Of a DNA stretch of 64,000 nucleotides, positions 46,141 to 53,875 are shown one piece after another (within the stretch, counting starts at the first letter, position 1; each line of letters starts with the position of its first letter). Origin of the DNA: Hydrogenophaga sp. (GTDB taxonomy: Bacteria > Pseudomonadota > Gammaproteobacteria > Burkholderiales > Burkholderiaceae_C); the NCBI GenBank assembly GCA_011391495.1, contig JAABQK010000005.1, positions 36,070-100,069 on the forward strand, given 5' to 3'. The position numbers and the translations under genes were made by a program. The notes beneath the pieces are model-generated. The model had not been told where the DNA came from and made no database searches. It was given only the letters and a program-made list of their open reading frames with translations.

Positions 46141-47427
46141 ATGAAATCGGGCCTCTGTTTCCTCATCGCCGCCAAGCGCTGCGACATCGCCGAACTGCAG
46201 CAGCTCGCGCTCACCAGCGCACTGGTGAACGCGTGCGGCCGCCTGGTGCATGCGCTGCAGCGCGAGCGCGGTCTCTCGAACCTGTACCTCGGCTCGCAAG
46301 GGCAGCGCTGGGCCGAAGAGCGGCACGCCCAGGTGCAGCAGAGCCTGGTGATCCAGGATGAGGTGCTGGCCTGCTTCGACCGCCTGGACACCGAAGCCAG
46401 CGTCCATGGCGCGCGCCTGTTCAGCCGCATCGCCTATGTGCTGCAGGGGCTGGACGCCCTGCCCGCGCTGCGCGCCCGGGTGGAGAGCCTGGCCTGGACC
46501 CCGGCGCGCGCCACCGCCGCCTACATCCGCCTCGTCAGCGGCCTGCTGGCCGTGGTGTTCGAGGCCGCCGACAGCGCCTCCGACCCGGACATCTCGCGCC
46601 GCCTGGTGGCGCTGTTCAACTTCATGCAGGGCAAGGAGTTTGCGGGCCAGGAGCGGGCCACCGGCTCGGCCCTGTTCGCCGCCGGGCGCGCCGACACCGC
46701 GGGCCAGCAGCAGCTGCTGCACCTGATCGACTCGCAGGAGCGCTGCCTGCAGGTGTTTGCCGACTTTGCCAGCGAGGCTCTGACCACCGCCTGGCGCGGC
46801 GCCCAGCGCCACGAGCACCTGGCGGGTCTGGAGCGCCTGCGCCGCATCCTGTGCACCACGGCGGCCGGAGGCCCGCTGGACGCGGCGCTGAGCCAGACCT
46901 GGTTCGACAGCTGCACCGCACGCATCGATGCGATGAAAACGGTGGAAGACCTGCTGGCGGCCGAGTTGCTCGCGCTGTGCGAGCAACGCATCGAAGCCGC
47001 CACGGCCGACCTGGCGAATTTTGAACGGCTCAAGGACAACGTGCCCGCCACAGCGCCGGGCCAGGGCAGCGCCGCACTCTCCTTTTTTGACGACAGCCCC
47101 GATGAGCGCCCACTGGTCACGCCGGGCCTGGGCACGTCTGGCCAGGGCTATGGCCTGCAGCTGGAACGCTCCATCCTCGAACTGGTGCAGGACCAGGCGC
47201 GCCGCCTGCAGACCGTGAGCAACGAGCTCGACACCGTGCGCGCCAGCCTGAACGAACGCAAGCTGGTGGAACGAGCCAAGGGCCTGCTGATGGCACACCG
47301 CCACCTGAGCGAGGAAGAGGCCCACAAGACCATGCGCCAGATGGCCATGAACCAGAACCGCCGCCTGATCGAAGTGGCTGAGGCGGTGCTGGCCATGGCC
47401 GATGTGCTGCCCGAACCGAGGCGCTGA
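46141..47427 (+). CDS. nasR: Nitrate/nitrite-responsive antiterminator (NIT plus ANTAR domains)
   Basis: LVHALQRERG and KEFAGQERA (NIT); ERKLVERAKGLLM..EEEAH..MRQMAM (ANTAR). Confidence 0.92.
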   Translation: MKSGLCFLIAAKRCDIAELQQLALTSALVNACGRLVHALQRERGLSNLYLGSQGQRWAEERHAQVQQSLVIQDEVLACFDRLDTEASVHGARLFSRIAYVLQGLDALPALRARVESLAWTPARATAAYIRLVSGLLAVVFEAADSASDPDISRRLVALFNFMQGKEFAGQERATGSALFAAGRADTAGQQQLLHLIDSQERCLQVFADFASEALTTAWRGAQRHEHLAGLERLRRILCTTAAGGPLDAALSQTWFDSCTARIDAMKTVEDLLAAELLALCEQRIEAATADLANFERLKDNVPATAPGQGSAALSFFDDSPDERPLVTPGLGTSGQGYGLQLERSILELVQDQARRLQTVSNELDTVRASLNERKLVERAKGLLMAHRHLSEEEAHKTMRQMAMNQNRRLIEVAEAVLAMADVLPEPRR

Positions 47428-47604
47428 ACGGCTGCGCCCTGTTGCGGCGCACAAATGCCGTGCCTGCCGCAGCGCATGCACCATCGCGAGGCCCATGCTG
47501 GTGCCCAGAAGCGCTGCACCGGGCCGATCACCAAGTCTGGACGTTCTTCCTTTTTCGTTTGAATTCAAAGGACTTCTGATCCACCCGCGAAGAAACCCGA
47601 AGCC

Positions 47605-47620
47605 TGGCACGCTCCCTGCT
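47605..47620 (+). promoter_or_regulatory. sigma54 promoter of the nitrate assimilation operon
   Basis: TGGCAC-GCTCC-CTGCT; degenerate NtrC-like GCAC-N7-GTGC sites at ~47454-47506 and an AT-rich spacer at 47545-47570. Confidence 0.75.
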
Positions 47621-47640
47621 TGATAGATCACAAAGAGTCG

Positions 47641-47746
47641 GGGCCAATGGCGGTCCGGGCTCTCACAGTCTTCCCAGACACGGACAACGGCGTCCATTGC
47701 CGACCTGCATCAAGCGGGTCAGGCGATGGGCGCCGTTTTTGTTTTT
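47641..47746 (+). promoter_or_regulatory. ANTAR dual-hairpin leader RNA with overlapping intrinsic terminator
   Basis: P1 GGGCC-AATGGC-GGTCC (47641-56), P2 GGAC-AACGGC-GTCC (47682-95); terminator arms 47686-47701 and 47722-47737, then TTTGTTTTT. Confidence 0.88.
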
Positions 47747-47781
47747 GGGGCCGCGTTTTTTTCATCAGCCAGGAGTTGGAC

Positions 47782-49053
47782 ATGACCGCACCCGCCAAGC
47801 CCGCCACCGCCACCCCCGCGCAGCCCGCCGACACCGCGCGCCGCGACTTCATCAAGAAGGGCGCGGCCACCGCCACCTTCTTCTCCACGCTGGGCCACAG
47901 CGGCGTCTGGGCCGCCGGCTCCGACGCGCCCGAGAAAGCCGAGGTCAAGATCGGCTTCATCCCGCTGACCGACTGCGCCAGCGTGGTGATGGCTTCGGTG
48001 CTGGGCTTTGACAAAAAGTACGGCGTGAAGATCGTGCCCAGCAAGGAAGCCAGCTGGGCCGGCGTGCGTGACAAGCTGGTCAACGGCGAACTCGACTTCG
48101 CCCACGTGCTCTACGGCCTGGTCTACGGCGTGCACATGGGCACGGCCGGCCCCAAGAAGGACATGGCCGTGCTGATGAGCCTGAACAACAACGGCCAGGC
48201 CATCACGCTGTCGAAAGCACTGGCCGACAAGGGCGCCGTGGACGGCCCCACGCTGGCCAAATACATGACAGCCAACAAGCGCGACTACACCTTCGCCGGC
48301 ACCTTCCCGACGGGTACCCACGCCATGTGGATGCACTACTGGCTCGCCGCAGCGGGCATCAACCCGCTCTCGGGCGCCCGCCTGATCACCGTGCCGCCGC
48401 CGCAGATGGTGGCCAACATGCGCATCGGCAACATGGACGGCTTCTGCGTCGGCGAACCCTGGAACCACCGCGCCATCATGGACGGCGTGGGCGTCACCGC
48501 CAACACCACGCAGGACCTGTGGAAAGACCACCCCGAGAAGGTGCTGGGCACCACGGCCGAGTTCACCAGGAAGTACCCCAACACCACGCGCGCCGTGATG
48601 ATGGCCGTGCTTGAAGCCAGCCGCTGGATCGACGCCGGCCTGCAGAACAAGATGAAGATGGCCGAAACCGTGGCGCAGAAGTCCTACATCAACACCGGTG
48701 TGGACGCGATCAACCAGCGCATCCTGGGCCGTTACCAGAACGGCATGGGCAAGACCTGGGACGACCCCAACCACATGAAGTTCTTCAACGACGGCAAGGT
48801 CAACTTCCCCTACCTGTCCGACGGTATGTGGTTCCTCACGCAGCACAAGCGCTGGGGCCTGCTCAAGAGTCACCCCGACTACCTCGGCATCGCCAAGCAG
48901 ATCAACCAGATCGACCTCTACAGGTCGGTCGCCGGCGCCATGGGCATCAGCGTCCCCAAGGACCCGATGCGCAGCAGCAAGCTGATGGACGGCGTGGTGT
49001 GGGATGGCAAGGACCCGGCCCGCTACGCCGATGGTTTCGCCATAAAGGCGTGA
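47782..49053 (+). CDS. nrtA: Nitrate ABC transporter substrate-binding protein (NrtA/CmpA family)
   Basis: Tat motif ARRDFIK, IGFIPLTDCA, FCVGEPWN, DHPEK. Confidence 0.92.
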   Translation: MTAPAKPATATPAQPADTARRDFIKKGAATATFFSTLGHSGVWAAGSDAPEKAEVKIGFIPLTDCASVVMASVLGFDKKYGVKIVPSKEASWAGVRDKLVNGELDFAHVLYGLVYGVHMGTAGPKKDMAVLMSLNNNGQAITLSKALADKGAVDGPTLAKYMTANKRDYTFAGTFPTGTHAMWMHYWLAAAGINPLSGARLITVPPPQMVANMRIGNMDGFCVGEPWNHRAIMDGVGVTANTTQDLWKDHPEKVLGTTAEFTRKYPNTTRAVMMAVLEASRWIDAGLQNKMKMAETVAQKSYINTGVDAINQRILGRYQNGMGKTWDDPNHMKFFNDGKVNFPYLSDGMWFLTQHKRWGLLKSHPDYLGIAKQINQIDLYRSVAGAMGISVPKDPMRSSKLMDGVVWDGKDPARYADGFAIKA

Positions 49054-49133
49054 CCCCCCGCGCCGGCCTTCGGCCGTCACCCCCAAGGGGGCAACGCTGG
49101 CGGCCCGGCGAAGCCGGTTCCGCGGCGTTCTGG
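49054..49133 (-). repeat. Hairpin repeat family copy 7
   Basis: Minus strand CCAGAACGCCGCGGAACCGGCTTCGCCGGGCCGCCAGCGTTGCCCCCTTGGGGGTGACGGCCGAAGGCCGGCGCGGGGGG. Confidence 0.9.
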
Positions 49134-49179
49134 ATTGAAGGCATCTCTCTCGTCGCTCTCTACTGAAAGGACATCCACC

Positions 49180-50097
49180 ATGGTTGCCGCTGTATTTCAT
49201 TCACCGCTGGAGGCGCCGATTGCACCGGCCCCAGCCCCCGCCACCTCGCCCCTCGCCAAAGCCATGACCACATCCGCTCCTGCCGCCGCGCCCGAACCCA
49301 GGAAGCAGGCCCGAGATTTCCGCGGCTTCTGGATGGCGGTGCTGCCGCCGGTGCTGGGTCTGGCCTTGCTGGTGCTCGTGTGGCAGCTGATCGCCAGCTC
49401 GGGCAACAGCGGCATCCCCAAACCCGCCGAGACCTGGACGCAGGCGCTGCAGGTGTTTTCTGACCCGTTCTACAGCAACGGCCCGAACGACCAGGGCGTG
49501 GGCTGGAACGTGCTCTCGTCGCTCAAGCGGGTGGCCATCGGCTTCGGTCTGGCCGCGCTGGTCGGCATTCCGGCAGGTTTCGCCATCGGCCGCTCGGTGT
49601 TTCTCTCGCGCATGTTCAACCCGCTGATCAGCCTGCTGCGCCCGGTCTCGCCGCTCGCCTGGCTGCCGATCGGCCTGCTGGTGTTCAAGGGTGCCGACCC
49701 GGCCGCCATCTGGACCATCTTCATCTGCTCCATCTGGCCCATGGTCATCAACACCGCGGTGGGCGTGCAGCGCGTGCCGCAGGACTACCTGAACGTGGCC
49801 CGCGTGCTCAACCTGAGCGAATGGAAGATCTTCACCAAGATCCTGTTCCCCGCCGTGCTGCCCTACCTGCTGACCGGCGTGCGTCTCGCGGTGGGCACGG
49901 CCTGGCTGGTGATTGTGGCCGCCGAGATGCTGACCGGCGGCGTGGGCATCGGCTTCTGGGTCTGGGACGAGTGGAACAACCTCAACGTCTCCAGCATCAT
50001 CATCGCGATCTTCGTCATCGGCATCGTCGGCCTGTTGCTCGAATTCGCGCTCATCAAGATCGCCACCCTGTTCACCTTCGAAGAGGTCAAGTCATGA
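49180..50097 (+). CDS. nrtB: Nitrate ABC transporter permease
   Basis: DPFY..GPNDQG, RPVSPLAWLP, IVAAEML. Confidence 0.92.
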   Translation: MVAAVFHSPLEAPIAPAPAPATSPLAKAMTTSAPAAAPEPRKQARDFRGFWMAVLPPVLGLALLVLVWQLIASSGNSGIPKPAETWTQALQVFSDPFYSNGPNDQGVGWNVLSSLKRVAIGFGLAALVGIPAGFAIGRSVFLSRMFNPLISLLRPVSPLAWLPIGLLVFKGADPAAIWTIFICSIWPMVINTAVGVQRVPQDYLNVARVLNLSEWKIFTKILFPAVLPYLLTGVRLAVGTAWLVIVAAEMLTGGVGIGFWVWDEWNNLNVSSIIIAIFVIGIVGLLLEFALIKIATLFTFEEVKS

Positions 50098-50900
50098 GCA
50101 ACGAAGCCAAGTACATCGACATCCAGAACGTCGGACAGACCTTCAAGACCAAAAAGGGCCTGTTCCCCGCGCTGCGCGAGATCAACCTGAGCGTGGCCAA
50201 GGGCGAGTTCGTGGCGTTGATCGGCCACTCGGGTTGCGGCAAGTCCACCCTGCTCAATCTGATCGCCGGCCTGACCACGCCCACCAGCGGTGTGCTGCTC
50301 TGCGCCGACCGCGAGATCGCCGGTCCCGGCCCCGAACGCGCCGTGGTGTTCCAGAACCACTCCCTGCTGCCCTGGCTGACGTGTTTTGAGAACGTCTACC
50401 TTGCGGTAGAGCGCGTGTTCGCTGCCACTGAGAGCAAAGCGCAACTGAAGAAACGCACCGAAGACGCGCTGGCCCTGGTGGGCCTGACGGCCGCTGCACA
50501 GAAACGCCCTGGGGAAATTTCCGGTGGCATGAAGCAACGCGTGGGCATTGCCCGCGCCCTCTCGATGGAACCCAAGGTGCTGCTCATGGACGAACCCTTC
50601 GGCGCGCTCGACGCGCTCACCCGCGCCAAGCTGCAGGACGAACTGCTGGACATCGTGGCGCGCACGCGCAGCACGGTGGTCATGGTCACGCACGATGTGG
50701 ACGAAGCCGTGCTGCTGTCGGACAAGATCGTGATGATGACCAACGGCCCGGCCGCCACCATCGGCGAGGTGCTGAGCGTGGACCTGCCGCGCCCACGCAA
50801 GCGCGTGGCCCTGGCCGACGACGCTGAGTACCAGCGCTATCGAAAGGCCGTGATCGACTTCCTGTACACCCGGCAAGCTCATGTGGAAAAGGTGGCCTGA
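50094..50900 (+). CDS. nrtD: Nitrate ABC transporter ATP-binding protein
   Basis: GHSGCGKST, ISGGMKQR, MDEPFGALD; ATG 50094 overlaps the nrtB stop. Confidence 0.9.
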   Translation: MSNEAKYIDIQNVGQTFKTKKGLFPALREINLSVAKGEFVALIGHSGCGKSTLLNLIAGLTTPTSGVLLCADREIAGPGPERAVVFQNHSLLPWLTCFENVYLAVERVFAATESKAQLKKRTEDALALVGLTAAAQKRPGEISGGMKQRVGIARALSMEPKVLLMDEPFGALDALTRAKLQDELLDIVARTRSTVVMVTHDVDEAVLLSDKIVMMTNGPAATIGEVLSVDLPRPRKRVALADDAEYQRYRKAVIDFLYTRQAHVEKVA

Positions 50901-50901
50901 C

Positions 50902-53397
50902 ATGGACATGCGAGTGAACCCCAAGGCCAAGATGAGGCTGGTGATGGTCGGCAACGGCATGGCCGGTGTGCGCACGCTCGAAGAGCTGCTGAAGATCGCG
51001 CCCGACCTCTACGACATCACCGTCTTCGGCGCCGAGCCACACCCGAACTACAACCGCATCCTGCTCTCGCCGGTGCTGGCCGGTGAACAGACGCTGGATC
51101 AGATCATCCTCAACGACTGGGCCTGGTACAGCGACCACGGCATCACGCTGCACGCCGGCTACAAGGTGAGCGAGGTGGACCGCGTCAAGCGCGTGGTGCA
51201 CGCGGTCGGCCCCGGCGGCGAGACGATCAGCGCCGAATACGACCGCCTGATCATGGCGACCGGCTCGAACCCGTTCATCCTGCCGATCCCCGGCAAGGAT
51301 CTGAAGGGCGTGCTGGCCTACCGCGACATCGCCGACACGCAGGCCATGATCGAAGCGGCCGCGCAATACAAACATGCGGTCGTGATCGGCGGTGGCCTGC
51401 TCGGTCTGGAAGCGGCCAACGGCCTGATGAAGCGCGGCATGAGCGTGAACGTGGTGCATGTCGCGCCCTGGCTGATGGAGCGCCAGCTCGACGACGTGGC
51501 CGGCCGGATGCTGCAGGCTTCGCTGGAAGAACGCGGCATGCAGTTCCTGATCGGCGCGCAGACGCAGGAGCTGGTGGGCGATGCCGATGGACGGGTGAAG
51601 GGGATCCGCTTCAAGGACGGCACCGAGGTGCCGGCCGACCTCGTGGTGATGGCCGTGGGCATCCGCCCCAACACGGCGCTGGCCGAATCCATGCGCCTGC
51701 ATGTGAACAAGGGCATCGTGGTCAGCGACACACTGCAGACCGTGACCGACCCACGCATCTACGCGGTGGGCGAATGCGCAGCGCACCGCGGCATCGCCTA
51801 CGGCCTGGTGGCGCCGTTGTTCGAGCAGGGCAAGGTGCTGGCCACGCACCTGGCCGAGTTCGGCATCGGCCGCTACACCGGCTCGCTCACGTCCACCAAG
51901 CTCAAGGTCACCGGCATCGATCTGTTCAGCGCCGGCAACTTCACCGGCGGGGACGGCACCGAAGAGATCGTGATGAGCGATCCTTCGGGTGGCGTCTACA
52001 AGAAGCTGGTGATCCAGGACGACAAGCTGGTCGGCGCCTGCCTGTACGGCGACACGGTGGACGGCAGCTGGTACTTCAAGCTGCTGCGCGAAGGCCGCAC
52101 GGTGCACGATATCCGCGACAAGCTGATGTTCGGCGAAAGCAACATCGGCGACGCCGGCCACCAGGGCCACAACAAGGCCGCGGCGATGCAGGATTCCGAC
52201 GAGGTCTGCGGCTGCAATGGCGTGACCAAGGGCACGATCTGCAAGGCCATCAAGGACAAGGGCCTGTTCACACTGGACGAGGTGCGCAAGCACACCAAGG
52301 CCAGCGCGTCCTGCGGTTCCTGCACCGGCCTGGTCGAGCAGATCCTGATGTTCACCGCCGGCGGAGACTACTCGGCCACGCCGAAGAAGAAGGCCCTGTG
52401 CGGCTGCACCGAGCACAGCCACCAGGACGTGCGAGATGCCATCCGCGAACGGAAGTTGCTGACCATCGCCGACACCTTCCGCGCGCTGGACTGGAAGACG
52501 CCCAACGGCTGTGCCAGCTGCCGACCGGCCGTCAACTACTACCTCATCAGCACCTGGCCCAAGGAGGCGAAGGACGATCCGCAGAGCCGCTACATCAACG
52601 AGCGCTCGCACGCCAACATCCAGAAGGACGGCACCTACAGCGTCATCCCGCGCATGTGGGGCGGCGAGACCACGGCCGACGAGCTGCGCCGCATCGCGGA
52701 CGCGGTGGACAAGTACCAGATTCCCACCGTCAAGGTCACCGGCGGCCAGCGCATCGACCTGCTGGGTGTGAAGAAGGAAGACCTGGTCAACGTCTGGAAG
52801 GACATCGGCATGCCTTCTGGCCATGCCTATGCCAAGGCCCTGCGTACGGTGAAGACCTGCGTCGGTTCAGAGTGGTGCCGCATGGGCACCCAGGACAGCA
52901 CGCAGATGGGCAAGGACCTGGAGCGCGCCATGTGGCGGATGTACGCGCCGCACAAGGTGAAGTTCGCTGTGTCGGGCTGCCCGCGCAACTGCGCCGAGGC
53001 CGGCATCAAGGACGTCGGCATCATCGGCGTCGATTCAGGCTGGGAGATGTACGTGGCCGGCAACGGCGGCATCAAGACCGAGGTGGCGCACTTCCTGGCC
53101 AAGCTCAAGAACGCCGAGGAAGTGATGGAGTACACCGGTGCTTTCTGCGAGCTGTACCGCCAGGAGGGCTGGTACCTGGAACGCACGGTGCACTACGTCA
53201 ACCGCGTGGGCCTCGACTATGTGAAGAAACGCATCGTGGAAGACGCCGCGGGCCGCAAGGCACTGTGGGAGCAGCTGCAGTTCGCGCTCGACGGCGAGCC
53301 CGATCCCTGGTTCGAGCACGCCAAGGCCGCCGTGGACACGCGCCAGTTCATTCCGATCCAGGCCGTATCGGCCACCACCGAAGGGAGTGCCGCATGA
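50902..53397 (+). CDS. nirB: Assimilatory NAD(P)H nitrite reductase large subunit (siroheme)
   Basis: GNGMAG, GGGLLGLE, two BFD-like Cys clusters, KTCVGSEWC, SGCPRNC. Confidence 0.95.
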   Translation: MDMRVNPKAKMRLVMVGNGMAGVRTLEELLKIAPDLYDITVFGAEPHPNYNRILLSPVLAGEQTLDQIILNDWAWYSDHGITLHAGYKVSEVDRVKRVVHAVGPGGETISAEYDRLIMATGSNPFILPIPGKDLKGVLAYRDIADTQAMIEAAAQYKHAVVIGGGLLGLEAANGLMKRGMSVNVVHVAPWLMERQLDDVAGRMLQASLEERGMQFLIGAQTQELVGDADGRVKGIRFKDGTEVPADLVVMAVGIRPNTALAESMRLHVNKGIVVSDTLQTVTDPRIYAVGECAAHRGIAYGLVAPLFEQGKVLATHLAEFGIGRYTGSLTSTKLKVTGIDLFSAGNFTGGDGTEEIVMSDPSGGVYKKLVIQDDKLVGACLYGDTVDGSWYFKLLREGRTVHDIRDKLMFGESNIGDAGHQGHNKAAAMQDSDEVCGCNGVTKGTICKAIKDKGLFTLDEVRKHTKASASCGSCTGLVEQILMFTAGGDYSATPKKKALCGCTEHSHQDVRDAIRERKLLTIADTFRALDWKTPNGCASCRPAVNYYLISTWPKEAKDDPQSRYINERSHANIQKDGTYSVIPRMWGGETTADELRRIADAVDKYQIPTVKVTGGQRIDLLGVKKEDLVNVWKDIGMPSGHAYAKALRTVKTCVGSEWCRMGTQDSTQMGKDLERAMWRMYAPHKVKFAVSGCPRNCAEAGIKDVGIIGVDSGWEMYVAGNGGIKTEVAHFLAKLKNAEEVMEYTGAFCELYRQEGWYLERTVHYVNRVGLDYVKKRIVEDAAGRKALWEQLQFALDGEPDPWFEHAKAAVDTRQFIPIQAVSATTEGSAA

Positions 53398-53870
53398 GCG
53401 CCACCATCTGGACCCTCATCTGCCGCGTCGACGACATCCCCGTGCTCGGCTCGCGCCGCGTGGCACGCACCCAGGGACTGGACGTGGCCGTGTTCCGCAA
53501 CGACCAGGACGAAGTCTTTGCCCTGCTCGACCGCTGCCCGCACAAGGGAGGCCCGCTGTCGCAAGGCATCGTCTTCGGCACGCACGTGGCCTGCCCGCTG
53601 CACAACTGGAGCATCGGCCTGTGCGATGGCCAGGCCGCAGCACCTGACGAAGGTTGCACACCCAAGTTCAGTGTGAAGGTGGAGAACGGTGAAGTGTTCC
53701 TGGACGCACATCAGCTCGCCACCCAGGCCACCGACCTGGTGCGCCCGATCGCCGGTCCGGCCAGTAAGCGCCCCCACGCTCCACCGCTGCGCGGGTCGCT
53801 TCCCCCCGAGGGGGCTGAGCCGGCTTGGGGTGGCCCGGCGCCGGCTCTGCGTTCTGGTTCGATCAGCTGA
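53394..53870 (+). CDS. nirD: Nitrite reductase small subunit (Rieske) with repeat-derived C-terminal tail
   Basis: CPHKGGPL...CPLHNW; ATG 53394 overlaps the nirB stop. Confidence 0.92.
   Translation: MSATIWTLICRVDDIPVLGSRRVARTQGLDVAVFRNDQDEVFALLDRCPHKGGPLSQGIVFGTHVACPLHNWSIGLCDGQAAAPDEGCTPKFSVKVENGEVFLDAHQLATQATDLVRPIAGPASKRPHAPPLRGSLPPEGAEPAWGGPAPALRSGSIS
53771..53857 (-). repeat. Hairpin repeat family copy 8 (variant), translated in nirD
   Basis: Plus strand CCCCCACGCTCCACCGCTGCGCGGGTCGCTTCCCCCCGAGGGGGC...GGCCCGGCGCCGGCTCTGCGTTCTGG; shares the C-run start, CCCCC/GGGGG hairpin and GCGTTCTGG end with copy 7. Confidence 0.75.
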
Positions 53871-53875
53871 ACACC

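Noticed and set aside
51774-53870. 698-aa ORF overlapping nirB
   Set aside because: Only the last 158 codons (from ATG 53394) are the Rieske NirD. The rest is an off-frame read of nirB, with no slippery site seen.
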